DNA of 64,000 bases from Octopus vulgaris (lineage: Eukaryota): NCBI GenBank assembly GCA_951406725.2, contig OX597819.1, positions 4,030,001 through 4,094,000 of the forward strand, read 5' to 3'. The notes beneath the pieces were generated by a model. The model did not search any database, was not told the DNA's origin, and worked only from the letters and a program-made list of their open reading frames with translations. The translations under genes were made by a program, and so were the position numbers. Below are positions 1 to 12,602 of this stretch, in pieces. Within the stretch, counting starts at the first letter, position 1. Each line of letters starts with the position of its first letter.

Positions 1-99
1 ACTTCTATGTCATATTACAAATACATATATATATATTTGTATTTGCACGTTTGCATATTCATATATAATCATGTGGGTGTTCGCATACGCGTGCGCGTG

Positions 100-171
100 T
101 GTATTTATTTATGTTATGTATGTATATATATATGCATATGTATATGTAGATATATATATATATATTTATAA

Positions 172-252
<81 letters not shown>

Positions 253-281
253 CATATATATATGTATTCATATACATATAC

Positions 282-343
<62 letters not shown>
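100..343. repeat. (TA)n/(TACA)n compound microsatellite
   Basis: Dinucleotide run seen directly; it generates the YIYIYI ORFs at the start of the track. Confidence 0.95.
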
Positions 344-347
<4 letters not shown>

Positions 348-2522
348 TCAAGTCTGTGAGTTTTTGTGTGTGGTTATGTGTGCGTGTATGTACGTTCATG
401 TATGTATGCAAATATGGCATATACCTACGTACGCGTGTTCAAACTTAGCAGTTTGTTTAATAAGCCCTATGACACGAAAGCTTACTCTGGTGGCAAGCAC
501 AATAAACCCGGAAAGCTAAAGACAACATGATAGGGTCCTCATCCGAATAATGTAGTCGCTTCTATTGCTTCTGTTTTGTTTATATTTTCTGATTTTCTTT
601 CAGAGTGATTATAAACAAACCTTCTCTTCTAGCACGTTAAAACAAACCTATAGTGTTACAATATATATGTGTATGTGTATATATATATATATATACACAC
701 ACACACATATGTATGTACATATTTATGTATATATGTGCTCACATATGTATCTGTAGGTATATGTACGTATACGCGCACGCGCATATATTTTTCCAGTACA
801 AAGATACTAAAGTTCATACATCTGTATAAGGTGTCTGATAAACATTTAAACAGAAAGTACAAGTGTGCGAGATAGTTTGAGGGAGAAAGGGAGGGAGAGA
901 CAGAGAGGGAGGGGAAAAAGAGAGAAAGAGAAATAGTGACAGATAGAAAGATAGAGAGCGAATCCAAATGCGTGTAAGCGAGTCTCTGTGTGTATGTGCG
1001 AGATAGTCCCTGTGTGTAGTGAGTGTATGTGTCTTCGTTGCCCAAACACATCGCACACACGAGATAAAGCTGTTGAAGAGCTGTACATGAAAATTACGTC
1101 GATATGAATAGCAATTCACTGTCGTAAGTTTTAAAATTAACTTTAGCTTTTCAATAAGTAGCATCTAGTAGTATTAACTAAGGCACGTTTTTGTTAATAC
1201 AATTGTTAACACAATTGTTAATACAATGTACGTATTGGGATATGTATACGTCGCCATAAGAGATGCTGCGGAATCAGTTACACTCAGACTACTAGACGAC
1301 ATTTTGAACACAGTCACCTGCGCTATGTCAAGATAACCGTTCAAGGTGCTGAGATGTCGATGCTCAATAGCGGTACATTTTATCAAGCAATTGAAATTAC
1401 CATCATTGTAGTGATTTTTTTTATAATCAAGGAAGCACTTCGAAGTAGGACTTGGAAGACGTTCATATTTGTTATTATCTTGAGTGTTAGTCACATGTAT
1501 TGTCTTCGTCTTTTGACTATAAAATCTTCTCACAATGTAGTGTGTGATACCCCAGCAACCTGTCGCTTCGTTGGTACTGTTAACAGATGTCACAGAAAGA
1601 TGCAGCACGCTGTTAATAAGCAACAAAAGCATTGTAAAACCGCATAACTCTTCTTACAGTGTAGATTCAGAGGTGATGGGATCCTACAGTTTATCTTTCT
1701 AGGCATATATTACATTGAGTCCTCAATGATGTCCCGACAGCTGAATGTGTTTTGGGATTTATCACTTTCGAACCTATTGATAGATTGCTGATTCTGTATT
1801 CTCAATTCTTCTGTGAATACGAATATAATTTTTGGCTATATATGGTTACATTATGTTCGCCCATGTAAGGATGTAGTCATTTCATTTTCGTCCATGTATT
1901 TCTGCATATAAGAATGTAATGAACTCTTGACAGGTGAAAGTCATTGTTACTAACGTTCACTTTGACATTCTCGCTGTTGGAGGAGGACTGATGGATTAAA
2001 GATTTTCCAACTAAACATTCAATCGTTCTGTGTACTACAGAAGATCTCTGTCGAGAAATGTGGTGTATAGACATAAGGAATCCACAGTTAAATAAGATGA
2101 TAAGCATCTAATTCGTTTGACATCATACATCATAAGCCTGAAACCTCTCTTTGGGCATCTTTCTTTATATTGTACCTAACAAATAGAGAGAGGCAAAAAA
2201 AAGAGAGAGGGGGAGAAAGAGTGCGTGTGAGTCTGCGTGTGGATACGCTATTGTAAGTATTTTGTTGTGTATAAAGTGCAATTTATGATCGGATCAATTT
2301 TGCACGATTGATGTATATATGCATATATATCATTTTATGTCCATACATATAGTGTGTTTGTAAGCGTATACACTCACATATATCAGGCCACGTGAAGAAG
2401 TCTTGTCATGAGAGTATTCAATAATTATTAGTTTCATAAACCGAAATTCCCCATTTTCTAGTTGGTTGTTCATATCCTTCTTAAAGGAATGCAGCGAGTA
2501 AAAAACTTCAACCAGGTTGTAA

Positions 2523-2540
2523 ACACACACACACACACAT

Positions 2541-2604
<64 letters not shown>
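2523..2604. repeat. (CA)n microsatellite
   Basis: Seen directly. Confidence 0.95.
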
Positions 2605-2607
<3 letters not shown>

Positions 2608-4214
2608 AACACAAATGTCAATATCGAGTGGAAAAATTGATTTGTCGAAAGCTGACCAGCAGCATTAAAATAATGTTCTCTGTAAAAGGTAAAAGATAAC
2701 AGCTCAGCTCTATTGGTATACGACTGAAAGTAGACCGTCGTATATATATATATACATACATACATACCCACATACATACATGTGTGTGTGTGTCTGTATT
2801 CGTCCCCCACTTCACCGCCTGACCATCAATGTTGTTGTGTCATACATATTCTATGTCGTATTTCTGTCAACATATTTTCCGTAATATTCGTCAAGATGAA
2901 TAGCTAACTAATTATATATAACACAAAATATGCATACGTTTTAATTGGGTTATGATTGTTGTAAACTACAAGATGATAATATGTCTTTAGCAATCAAATA
3001 CAAGCAAATATGTAAATCTATTTAGCTATGTATCGACGTAGCCTCATATCTATCGATCGGTTGACCTAACTGTAGATCTTTGTTCCATAAACTCAGTTTA
3101 GAGGCAGAAACAATGTTTTATCATTTCAACCGTGGAAATGTTTTGGAGGTCAATAAATCATAAGACAACTGCTCACTGACAGCCATATTTATATAAATAT
3201 GCTATGCATCGTACAGGCATTCATTAATAGGAGAAATATATTCTTTTTACATGGACGCTCAATAAAGAAACGTATATCAAGGATACTTCCTGTCGAACAT
3301 GGCGGCGGTAACAAGACTGCCAATAAAGACGGAAAAAGACAGCAAAAGCGCATCAAATGCTGGAACAATGAAACCGAATAGAATTCCATTGTTTTTAATT
3401 ACGACTATTTATTTATTTATTTATTTGTAACCTGCAAATGGGATACAGAAAACGAACATTTAACATAGTAAGTTCCTGAGTATCAGCACTGAGCATACTC
3501 AATTTTAACTAACTTTAATTTCTCATTAAAGCTTAATATGTCAATGTAACATTTATGAGAGATAAGACAAAAAAACCGAGGCCGAAAATCGATATTAATT
3601 GCAAAGAGCGTTGTTACAATGCTGTCGCTATTGGTTTGTATTTTTATATTACAAAATTATTGTACAAATATCTCTGTTTTAACTTAGCCAGAAATTGTTA
3701 TTTTTATGATTTTACTATATATTTGCAACTGGATATTTATAGTTCCAGTATTTTATTCTCAAATTAATCTTTTTGATAACAGTGCTTTCGTGAAATACGT
3801 TAAATGGAAGGGTTTGACACTCTAATGGTGACCATATGTTGAGAACCCTCTCCCTCTACTTACATATGACCTCATCTATATCTTTCTGACAAATGACCTT
3901 CATTTCAAGACACATTTCAGCACCATCCACTTCACATACATTAACTCAAACGCAGCAAGAATTTCTTCCATCAACTGATAGGGAAAGTCTATTTATAATT
4001 ACGTATGTTCTGGGTATGTATGTCAAATTTCAATAAATAGCTAATAAAACAAAACAACTGCATCAAAAACACAACGCTGAGATTTTTAGAAAAAAATTAA
4101 GAACTGCAATTCCAGCCTATATATTCTTATGGTTTGCACAGATTCGTGAATGCAAAATACAGTGGATACATCTATCGTATACATGTGGGCATGTAGAAAA
4201 ATATCTTACTTATA

Positions 4215-4378
4215 GGCGTAGGCGTGGCTGTGTGGTAAATAGCTTGCTTGCCAACCACATAGTTCCGGTTCAGTCCCACTGCGTGGCACCTTCGGCAAGT
4301 GTCTTCTACTATAGCCTCGGGCCGACCAAAGTCTTGTGAGTGGATTTGGTAGACGGAAACTAAAAGAAGCCCGTAGTA

Positions 4379-4445
<67 letters not shown>

Positions 4446-4655
4446 TTGTGTGTCTGTGTTTGTCCCCCCAACATCGCTTGACAACCGATGCTGGTGTGTT
4501 TATGTTCCCGTAACTTAGCTGTTCGGCAAAAGAGCCCGATGAAATAAGTACTAGGCTTACAACGAATAAATCCTGGGGTCGATTTGCTCGACTAAAGGCG
4601 GTGCTCCAGCATGGCCGCAGTCAAATAACTGAAACAAGTAAAAGAGTAAAAGAGT
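4215..4655 (+). mobile_element. tRNA-derived CORE-like SINE (family A), full length, with internal (TA)n(TG)n
   Basis: A-box TGGCTGTGTGG and B-box-like GGTTCAGTCCC; CORE-like segment GTGGCACCTT(C)GGCAAGTGTCTT; (AAAAGAGT)n tail; near-identical copies at 15190, 17822 and 50119. Confidence 0.9.
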
Positions 4656-4984
4656 ATTCATACAATATTATTCGTTCCCATTTGCATATATATGACCGTC
4701 TACAATTTCAAATTGAAGAATGAAATTGCTCTTTATCTACCGATGTTAAAATAAAATGTTCTAAATAACCTTGAAAAGCGAAAAAGTGTTTAAGGCACGA
4801 ACAAAGGCTCGTGACATTTTGCAGGATCTCTGCATGAATGGAATTGTGAAATTCTGTAAGATATTTTCCATTTTTAAGCAAATGACATGAAAACACAAAG
4901 TAGTTACGTCAACACCGATGTAGATATCATAAGCGTATCAGCCACACCTAGTACTCCTGCATTATTGCAACGACAGAGGGACAG

Positions 4985-5252
4985 CGCCGCCACCGCATCC
5001 ATCACCATTACTGCCAATGTCACTACCACCACCACCACCAACAACAACAACAACTGCAACAATAATGACACCAGTATCACCACCAACCGCCTCCACCACC
5101 ACCACCACCACCACCACCACCACCACCACCAAACCCACTGCCCCCGGTGCCACCGCCGCCTCCACCACCAAACCCACAGCCCCCGCTGCCGCCTCCGCCG
5201 CCCACACTGCCTCCACCACCATCAAACCCACCGCCGCCGCCGCCGCCACCAC
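4985..5252. repeat. (ACC/GCC/AAC)n trinucleotide low-complexity tract
   Basis: Seen directly; produces poly-His/Thr/Val ORFs in several frames. Confidence 0.85.
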
Positions 5253-6514
5253 AATCTTCACGCTTAAATTAATCTTAATTTCTAACCGATAAGAAGTGCT
5301 TTCGAAAATTGCCTGAGTGAAAATCTGTGAATTTATGAAGGAAAATCTGAAATATACCCCATCTCTGTGTTCGCGCTTTCTGTTTTGTTTTGTTTAAGGA
5401 CCTCGGTACCCTTAAAAATGGGATCTTTGATGGCTGATCGTATTGGGGTCTCAAAGGTTCCATTGTAGATGGTAGAATGTATTTGAGATGGTAACAACGG
5501 TAGTGGTAACCTCTTTCCTAGCCTTCTCCTATTGTCTTGGGGTCGGACTCTCCATTTTCGGCATAGGAACCCCAATTCCGTACTTGTGCAGATATAGTCA
5601 AATGCATGCAAAAGTATTCCAGTAAATATGTGTGTGGGTGTGGGTGTGCATGTGTGTATGTGTGAGTGTGTGACTAAGTGAATGAAAGAGAGGGAGATAG
5701 TAGTATGAGTTTATGGATGGTGTGCGAACATGTGTGTATCTATAATATATATGTGTATGCACACACACACACACATACATACAAATAGATAGATATGCAT
5801 ACACACATATATACATGTATGTGTGTGCGTGTGTGTATGTGTATGTGTATGTGTGTGGAGGGGTAGTCATGCATCATATACACGAATATTCTTTCATATA
5901 GAAAAACATAAAAAGCAAAGACACACTCTCTCACACATACGCATGCTCATATACACGCACGCACACACTCGCAAACACGCACACAGGCACACGCTTACAC
6001 ACGCGCACACAAGACAAAAGAGAAGGGAGACAGCGTTCAAAGTTAAGTCGTGTAATGAATCACCGTGACACCCTATTTCGCTGGGAAGTCGTTCAGACCA
6101 GTAAACAGCAGTGTCGCCTTAGACTGTGAAAGTAAGCTGCAGTTTGCGTCCCCTTCTTTCACCTCTTTTGTCTCTCTCTTCTTTCTCTCTCCTCCATCAC
6201 ACATCTCTCTCTCTTTCTTTCTTTCTTTCTGAATTATTCTCTGTCTTCCTCTTTACCACTCACCCTCTCTCCTTCATCCTTTTTGCCTTTCTCTTTCTCT
6301 CCCTCCCCCCTCTCTCTTTCTCTCTCTCTCACGAGTTGATCACAGCTAAAACCTTGCCAATTCTTCAACGTCACCGCATCAGATCCAGTTTGACGCAATT
6401 TGATGCTTCACATTCATTTTACAAATAAAACTTATCCGTACGTCGAAGCGATTTGATATATGTCCAGCTGTGCAGAAGTTTCACACACGGAATACGCGCG
6501 CGCGCGTGTGTGTC

Positions 6515-6549
<35 letters not shown>

Positions 6550-7124
6550 GTGTGTGTTTGTGTGTGTGTGTTCGCGTAAGCACGCATTCGTGTATGTGTG
6601 TATCCGTGAAAGTGTTTGTATGTATGTCTACGTATATCTGGGAAATAGATATAAAAGAAAGCAGGATTGGGTGCGTGCGCGCTATGGAGAATTCGTATGC
6701 AAACTTACAAGAGAGTAATAGCAGGAATTTGGCATTATGGACTTGAATGTATATGTGTGTTAATAAGTGTTTGTGTGCATATGTTTATGTGTGTGTGTAT
6801 GTGTGTGTGTGTGTGTGTGCGTCTGTGTGTGTGTGTGTGTGTGTGTATTAGCGTATAATTTGTACTTTTAGTTTAGTGAATTAAGGACTTATGGATAGTA
6901 TAAAGATTGTGTGGGCTTGTAACTATAGTTAAATTGAAATAAATGTACAGAGGTATGCAGACTAGCTAAGTGTATAATACACAGCATGTATCTCGATATA
7001 CCAGATATTTCTAGACAACCAGAGATATATGTACGAGTCTGCAGTACAGTATATCACCATTACTTTATGAAGTAATTATATTTACTCACAGAAATAGACA
7101 CGTAAAGAAACACGCTTGCGCAGG

Positions 7125-7126
<2 letters not shown>

Positions 7127-7198
<72 letters not shown>
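7127..7198. repeat. (CA)n microsatellite
   Basis: Seen directly. Confidence 0.95.
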
Positions 7199-7199
<1 letters not shown>

Positions 7200-7355
7200 G
7201 GCAACACATTCACACGCAGACTTACATATGCAAAGCTGATTAGTTTTCAGAACTGATCAATTTGGGTGATCTGCTGAAACGAGGAAGAATTGAGTTGAAT
7301 GTGATACGCTTCGGATGCAAACATCAACTTGTATGAAAAGCTATGAGAGATGGTG

Positions 7356-7358
<3 letters not shown>

Positions 7359-7424
<66 letters not shown>
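7359..7424. repeat. (GA)n microsatellite followed by (GACA)n
   Basis: Seen directly. Confidence 0.95.
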
Positions 7425-7428
<4 letters not shown>

Positions 7429-7620
7429 AGTCAGGCAGACAGACAGAGGCAAAGAAAGAGAGATAAAGGGAGTGAGGGAGAGAAAGAGGCAGAGAGAGCA
7501 GAGACAGATACAATCCAACCGTCCGACCGACCGACCGGCTGGAGACAGACAAATGTACAGACAGACAGACAGGCATACAGACAGACAAACGTATAGACAG
7601 ACAGAGGTACAGAGATAATC

Positions 7621-8036
7621 TCATTTCATTATTACCCACAAGGGGCTAAACATAGAGAGGACAAACAAGGACAGACAAACGGATTAAGTCGATTACATCG
7701 ACCCCAGTGCGTATCTGGTACTTAGTATATCGACCCCGAAAGGATGAAAGGCAAAGTCGACCTCGGCGAAATTTGAACTCAGAACGTAACGGCAGACGAA
7801 ATGCCTATTTCTTTACTACCCACAAGGGGCTAAGCACAGAAAGGACAAACAAGGGCAGACAAACGGATTAAGTCGATTATATCGACCCCAGTGCGTAACT
7901 GGTATTTAATTTATCGACCCCGAAAGGATGAAAGGCAAAGTCGACCTCGGCGGAATTTGAACTCACAACGTAACGCAGACGAAATACCGCTAAGCATTTC
8001 GCCCAGCGTGCTAACGGTTCTGCCAGCTCGCCGCCT
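7621..8036 (-). mobile_element. Head-to-tail dimer of Meta-domain-like SINE (family B) with 13-bp TSD
   Basis: Two copies of the reverse complement of GAGGTCGACTTTGCCTTTCATCCTTTCGGGGTCGATA; flanking direct repeat TACAGAGATAATC at 7608-7620 and 8037-8049. Confidence 0.9.
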
Positions 8037-9292
8037 TACAGAGATAATCAGGCGAACAGACTGGTAGGTAGGCAGGCCTTACATATAGGCAGGCCTTACA
8101 AGTAGGCAGGCCTTACAGGTAGGCAGGCAGGTAAGCAGGCTAGTTGGCAGACTGAGAAACAGAGAGGTCTAACATTAAATTAATTTAGCGATGGGCGAAT
8201 GAATTACACGTTTGGCGATAAGAATCAACGACTCCTGAGTATAGAGGGACCTCGTAACGGATAGATAAGATGACCATGGTTGGAAAGGATGTTAGTACAA
8301 AAAACAAACAACTCCAAGATGTATATCAACATATGCTGTAATGCTGGAGCTCATCTCATCGATGCAAGAATTGAAAACTAAAAGAAACCCTTAGAGGTCG
8401 CTTAACCTAAAATAATCAGCAGCTAAAGCGCTTCTATATTGCATCCCACTATCTTAAAAAGATTTCATATTTTACACCCGTGTACATCCTGGACAAAGGG
8501 GGAAATATAAGGGTATTATTCCCACTGGAATACTTACATTCAACTGGCATACTTATATTTTAATCATATGAGTGTTCGGCCAGAACTAACTTAGAAATTC
8601 AGAGACATCCAAGCAATTTCGATTATTTGCGATTAAGACGGTCTGTTCATGATCAATTCTTGTGCCATTAAGCAAGACTCTTTATTTTGCGTCGCTCCAG
8701 TTTACTCAGTTGTAAAATATAACCAGCCAGATGCTGATGCAGCTCTTGCTCTACCTAGCTGTCGGGACATGCATCATTTGCTATGTCAAAGGGAATGGGA
8801 TTCTATGGCTGCTCGTGATAACATAAAACCTAAAACAATTAGCGAAATCATGGTACGTGATACCAAGTCGTATGTGCTCGAAAGTAACGGCTGGTTGTAC
8901 TTTAAACGAGTAATTACCAAGCGATAGGTGGAATTTAAGCTGATAGCGCATGAGTGGTTTCACTGAATAAAATATACACACACCAGGAGTTGTCAATATA
9001 GTGAACAAAGATCAAGTTTACTTTCCCAAACTACAGAAGTTCTCTGTGTTGGCTTGTGCAAAATTGAATTTTTCTTAGCGCTAATGTATTTTCTTGCCAC
9101 TACTGTACTAAGTTCGATTAATTAAGATAGATGTTTGGCAGACCATGACCAGTACGATACTCTGCACTTAACTATACGTTCTTCATGCGAAAAGTACATT
9201 TGTACACACACACACACGCACGCACAAAATGTAACCACATGTGAATCGTTGGCGATTTTCTTCCTCCGTCTTCCTCTCTCTTGCACTTACCT

Positions 9293-9328
9293 GTTTCTGA
9301 AGAAGAGCGTCTGCTCGAAACGTTAAAC
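9293..9328 (+). ncRNA. Minimal type I hammerhead ribozyme motif within a ~190-bp Penelope-pLTR-like insert (about 9224-9410)
   Basis: GUUU (stem I) - CUGAAGA - A - GAGC/gucu/GCUC (stem II) - GAAA - CG - UU - AAAC (stem I'). Stem III is the palindrome ACGU. Confidence 0.65.
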
Positions 9329-9460
9329 CGCCTTTCTTTCCTTCCTTGAGCATCTGCTAACACTTTACATGAACCACGCCCTCGCGTTGTTGTTTTTTGT
9401 GTATGTTCTTATATATATATATATCTATATCTATATATATATATGTATATATATATATAT

Positions 9461-9572
9461 ACGACGGACTTCTTTCAGTTTCGTCGGCCTGTGTCTAAAG
9501 CCCAAGGTGCCACGCAGTGAGACTGAAGCCGGAATTATGTGGTTGAGACGCAAGCTTCTTACTACACAGTCA
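9461..9572 (-). mobile_element. Degenerate 5' half of family A SINE
   Basis: Matches the CCCAAGGTGCCACGCAGTG..ACTGAA..ATGTGGTT segment of other copies. Confidence 0.75.
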
Positions 9573-9649
9573 CACACACACACACACATATATATATACA
9601 CGCACGCACGCACGCACGCACACACGCATGCACACACATATAACCTGTA

Positions 9650-9914
9650 CTTCATCGGTAATGACAGTGAGTGTTCCAATTGATCCGAACGTGCAATTAG
9701 CTGAGCCCTCCTCAGACACATGTCGCCTTAACACGCAGTTCTCTTTGTAAGCCAACGTGACACAGGACGTGACAAGGCTGGTTCTTTGAGAAACAGGTAC
9801 TACTCATGTTCGCCAGCTGCGCCGACTGGAGCAACGTGAAATTGAGTGTCTTATTAAAGGACACAACGCGCGGCTAAATATCGAACTCACGTCCATTAAG
9901 TTATGCACCTTCAC
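9650..9914 (-). mobile_element. Degenerate V-domain-like tRNA SINE (family C)
   Basis: Reverse strand reads GTGAAGGTGCA..GAGTTCGAT..GTTGTGTCCTT..AAGACACT..TTTCACGTTGCTCCAGT; head shared with the 43625-43916 element, tail shared with the 11138-11474 element. Confidence 0.7.
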
Positions 9915-10390
9915 AAACATGCGCGCGCACATATATGTGTATATAAATGCATATATATATATATCTATCTTTCTATCTATCTATATTCACACATGCACAC
10001 GATCGCACACATCCGTATAATTTATTTAAGAAGTATGACTTAACTATACACATAAAATACTTATCGCATATTGTTTGAGGTTAGAAACAAGTAAAACAAA
10101 AATTCAAAAATAAACAACGCATTTAAACCTGGCAAAATGTAGAAGTTAAATATATAAAAAAAGTAGAATAACATCACACGAAAAAAAAAACTGAAAAATG
10201 AAAAAAAGTTTTTAAAAAATCACTTAAAAGGAACTCCTTGAAAGTTGGGGAGAAAAAAACCCAGTAGTTCTAATGACATTTAAGATAGCTATGAGATTTT
10301 TTATTTGCATTTTTAATATGCTAACATTCGCATTGCAAAAGAAGAAAATGTTTGGTTCAAGTAGTTTGAGTCAGAAGATAGAATGGAGTT

Positions 10391-10416
10391 GGGGGTGGGG
10401 GTGGGGGTGGGGTGGG
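10391..10416 (+). other. Potential G-quadruplex (GGGGGT)n
   Basis: Five G-runs of 3-5 nt separated by single T. Confidence 0.6.
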
Positions 10417-11137
10417 TTGAAGAAAGTTCAAGATAATAGAATTTATGGAAGAAGTCTTTATGGAATACTTTACCAATATCATATATTCATAAATTTATGT
10501 GTTCAAAACAGGAAAATTCAAAAGACTCGGTTATTTTGATATCCAAATAATAATAGCTTAAACGACTGTTATTATTTATTGGAAAGGCTTAATATGTCTG
10601 TTAGAGGTGTAATTAGAAGCAAATATCTATTACTTCAGGTGTATTTTATTACTGTTCCTATCAATCGATATTGACTAATTTAGGCTATCTAGCATAAAAG
10701 AAGTTATTTATAGAAATAATGAATCTATGTTACGTAAAAACTGTGTATTTACTTACTAAACGCTATATCACTCTACACTTATTAGCAATAAAAACTAGTT
10801 CGTTGACTGAAAAAATAACATATTAGGAAGAAGAGAATAACTTGGAAAATTCAAAACTATACCGTATCTAAGTAGATAAATCCTTTTAACTTTGACTAGA
10901 TCGTTTTTCATGCTTACTTGAAAAACATGTCTTGTCTAGACCTAAGTCTGTTCACGAAAATATTTAACAGCAACAAACTGCATGAATAATAACGAAGCAA
11001 ATATTTAAGGAATGAGTACAAGGAACGATTATAAGCAAATGTAATTGGGATTGTTTATAGTAAATTGCTGAAACTTAGCAAAATACAAAATATATATGTA
11101 AGATACCTGTTAGAAATACGTTTTCTAAATGTTTGTG

Positions 11138-11474
11138 TACGTGGCTCTCCGTCGCATACGACGACGAAGGTTCCAGTGTGATCCGATCAACGGATCAGCC
11201 TGCTCGTGAAATTAACGTGCAAGTGGCCGAGCATTCCATAGACACGTGTACCCTTAACGTAGTTCTCGGGAAGATTCAGCGTGACACAGAGTGTAACATG
11301 GCTAGTCCTTTGAAATACAGGTACAACAGAAACAGGAAGAAAGAGTGAAAGTTATGGTGAAAGAGTACAGCAGGGTTCGCCATCATCCCCTGCCGGAGCG
11401 GTTGGCCTGGGAGTCGAAAACGTGATCCTACGACCGCGAGTCCGCTGCCCTAACCACTGGGCCATTGCACCTCC
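11138..11474 (-). mobile_element. tRNA-headed SINE (family D) sharing its 3' tail with family C
   Basis: Reverse strand GGAGGTGCAATGGCCCAGTGGTTAGGGCAGCGGACTCGCGGTCG..TTCGACTCCC is tRNA-like; tail is similar to 9650-9800 and to a decayed copy at about 11610-11757. Confidence 0.8.
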
Positions 11475-11512
11475 GTATGTGTATATACAAATACGCACAG
11501 GCACGCACGTAG

Positions 11513-11566
<54 letters not shown>

Positions 11567-11920
11567 CATTCCGTTGAACTCACAAAAGTTCCTATTATGC
11601 GTTTGCAGTTGAACGGAAGTACTTGTTCATTCAACTAGCGCTTCAGTGACCGAGTATTCCACAGACTCGTATACACTAAATATAATCATCAGGAAAAATC
11701 AGTGTGATTCATTGTGTTGCCAGGTTGGGCTTTTGAAGGATAATTCATTTGCCAGCTTTCATGAAACACCCTAAATGCTTTCTCAGGAAACAATGCTAAA
11801 GTATCCTACCTACCTGCGAAATACACATCTTAGTAATAACGGTCATCGTCAGTCTACATACATATCTCTCCGGCTCACTCACTCTCTGCTGATACACAAG
11901 CACGCACACACACGCACACA

Positions 11921-11954
<34 letters not shown>

Positions 11955-12546
11955 TGTGTTTGTATGAATATGCATGTGTGTGGTGGGGGTTGTTTGAGCA
12001 CGTGTGAATTTTCTTTCAATAGACTTTCGTGTAAAAACATGTCAGATTCTAAGCGAGGTCAGTAAATTACCAGACACGGAGTTTCGGCGTGATTTCACCC
12101 CCTCAGGCTGATATCACCTTTGGCATTTGGACAATACGACGTGTGTATGCAGCAGGAAAATTAATGTTTTGCTGGTTTCTATATATACGGGAAGATATGT
12201 TCCGGCTAACTCCATGTGACTGAGATGGCATTTGCATTCAAACGATGAAATCACGTCGAAACCCTCAGCGTAATACTCTGTTGGGTTCATTTGGAATTTT
12301 GATGGATATATTTTTGCACATATAGTGTATAATAAGAAGAGTTGCTTTTTCTCCGAGAAAAATCCCATCACGTTCGAGTATACAGGAACATGTTAAATAT
12401 AAGTCAATATTACTATGAATGTTTGTATGTACTGCATGTCTGTATGTGTGTTTAGGTGCTATGTTTGCTTGCGTATCTCAGTACGTATGCATACATCTAT
12501 ATACTTATATATATGATATATATGTTCGTATAAATGCCTATATCTT

Positions 12547-12602
12547 TATAGATGTTTACATGTCCTACTGTCTAAATATAGATGTTTACATGTCCTACTG
12601 TC
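12547..12602. repeat. 30-bp-period tandem duplication
   Basis: TATAGATGTTTACATGTCCTACTGTC occurs twice. Confidence 0.85.

Noticed and set aside
1179-4799. TAAGGCACG (miR-124 5' end) at about 1179 and 4791
   Set aside because: Only 9 nt match and there is no hairpin; as target sites they would need an undemonstrated minus-strand 3' UTR.
4887-5292. His/Thr/Ala-rich ORFs resembling a mucin or transcription factor
   Set aside because: Open in several frames on both strands because of (ACC)n; no domain or splice support.
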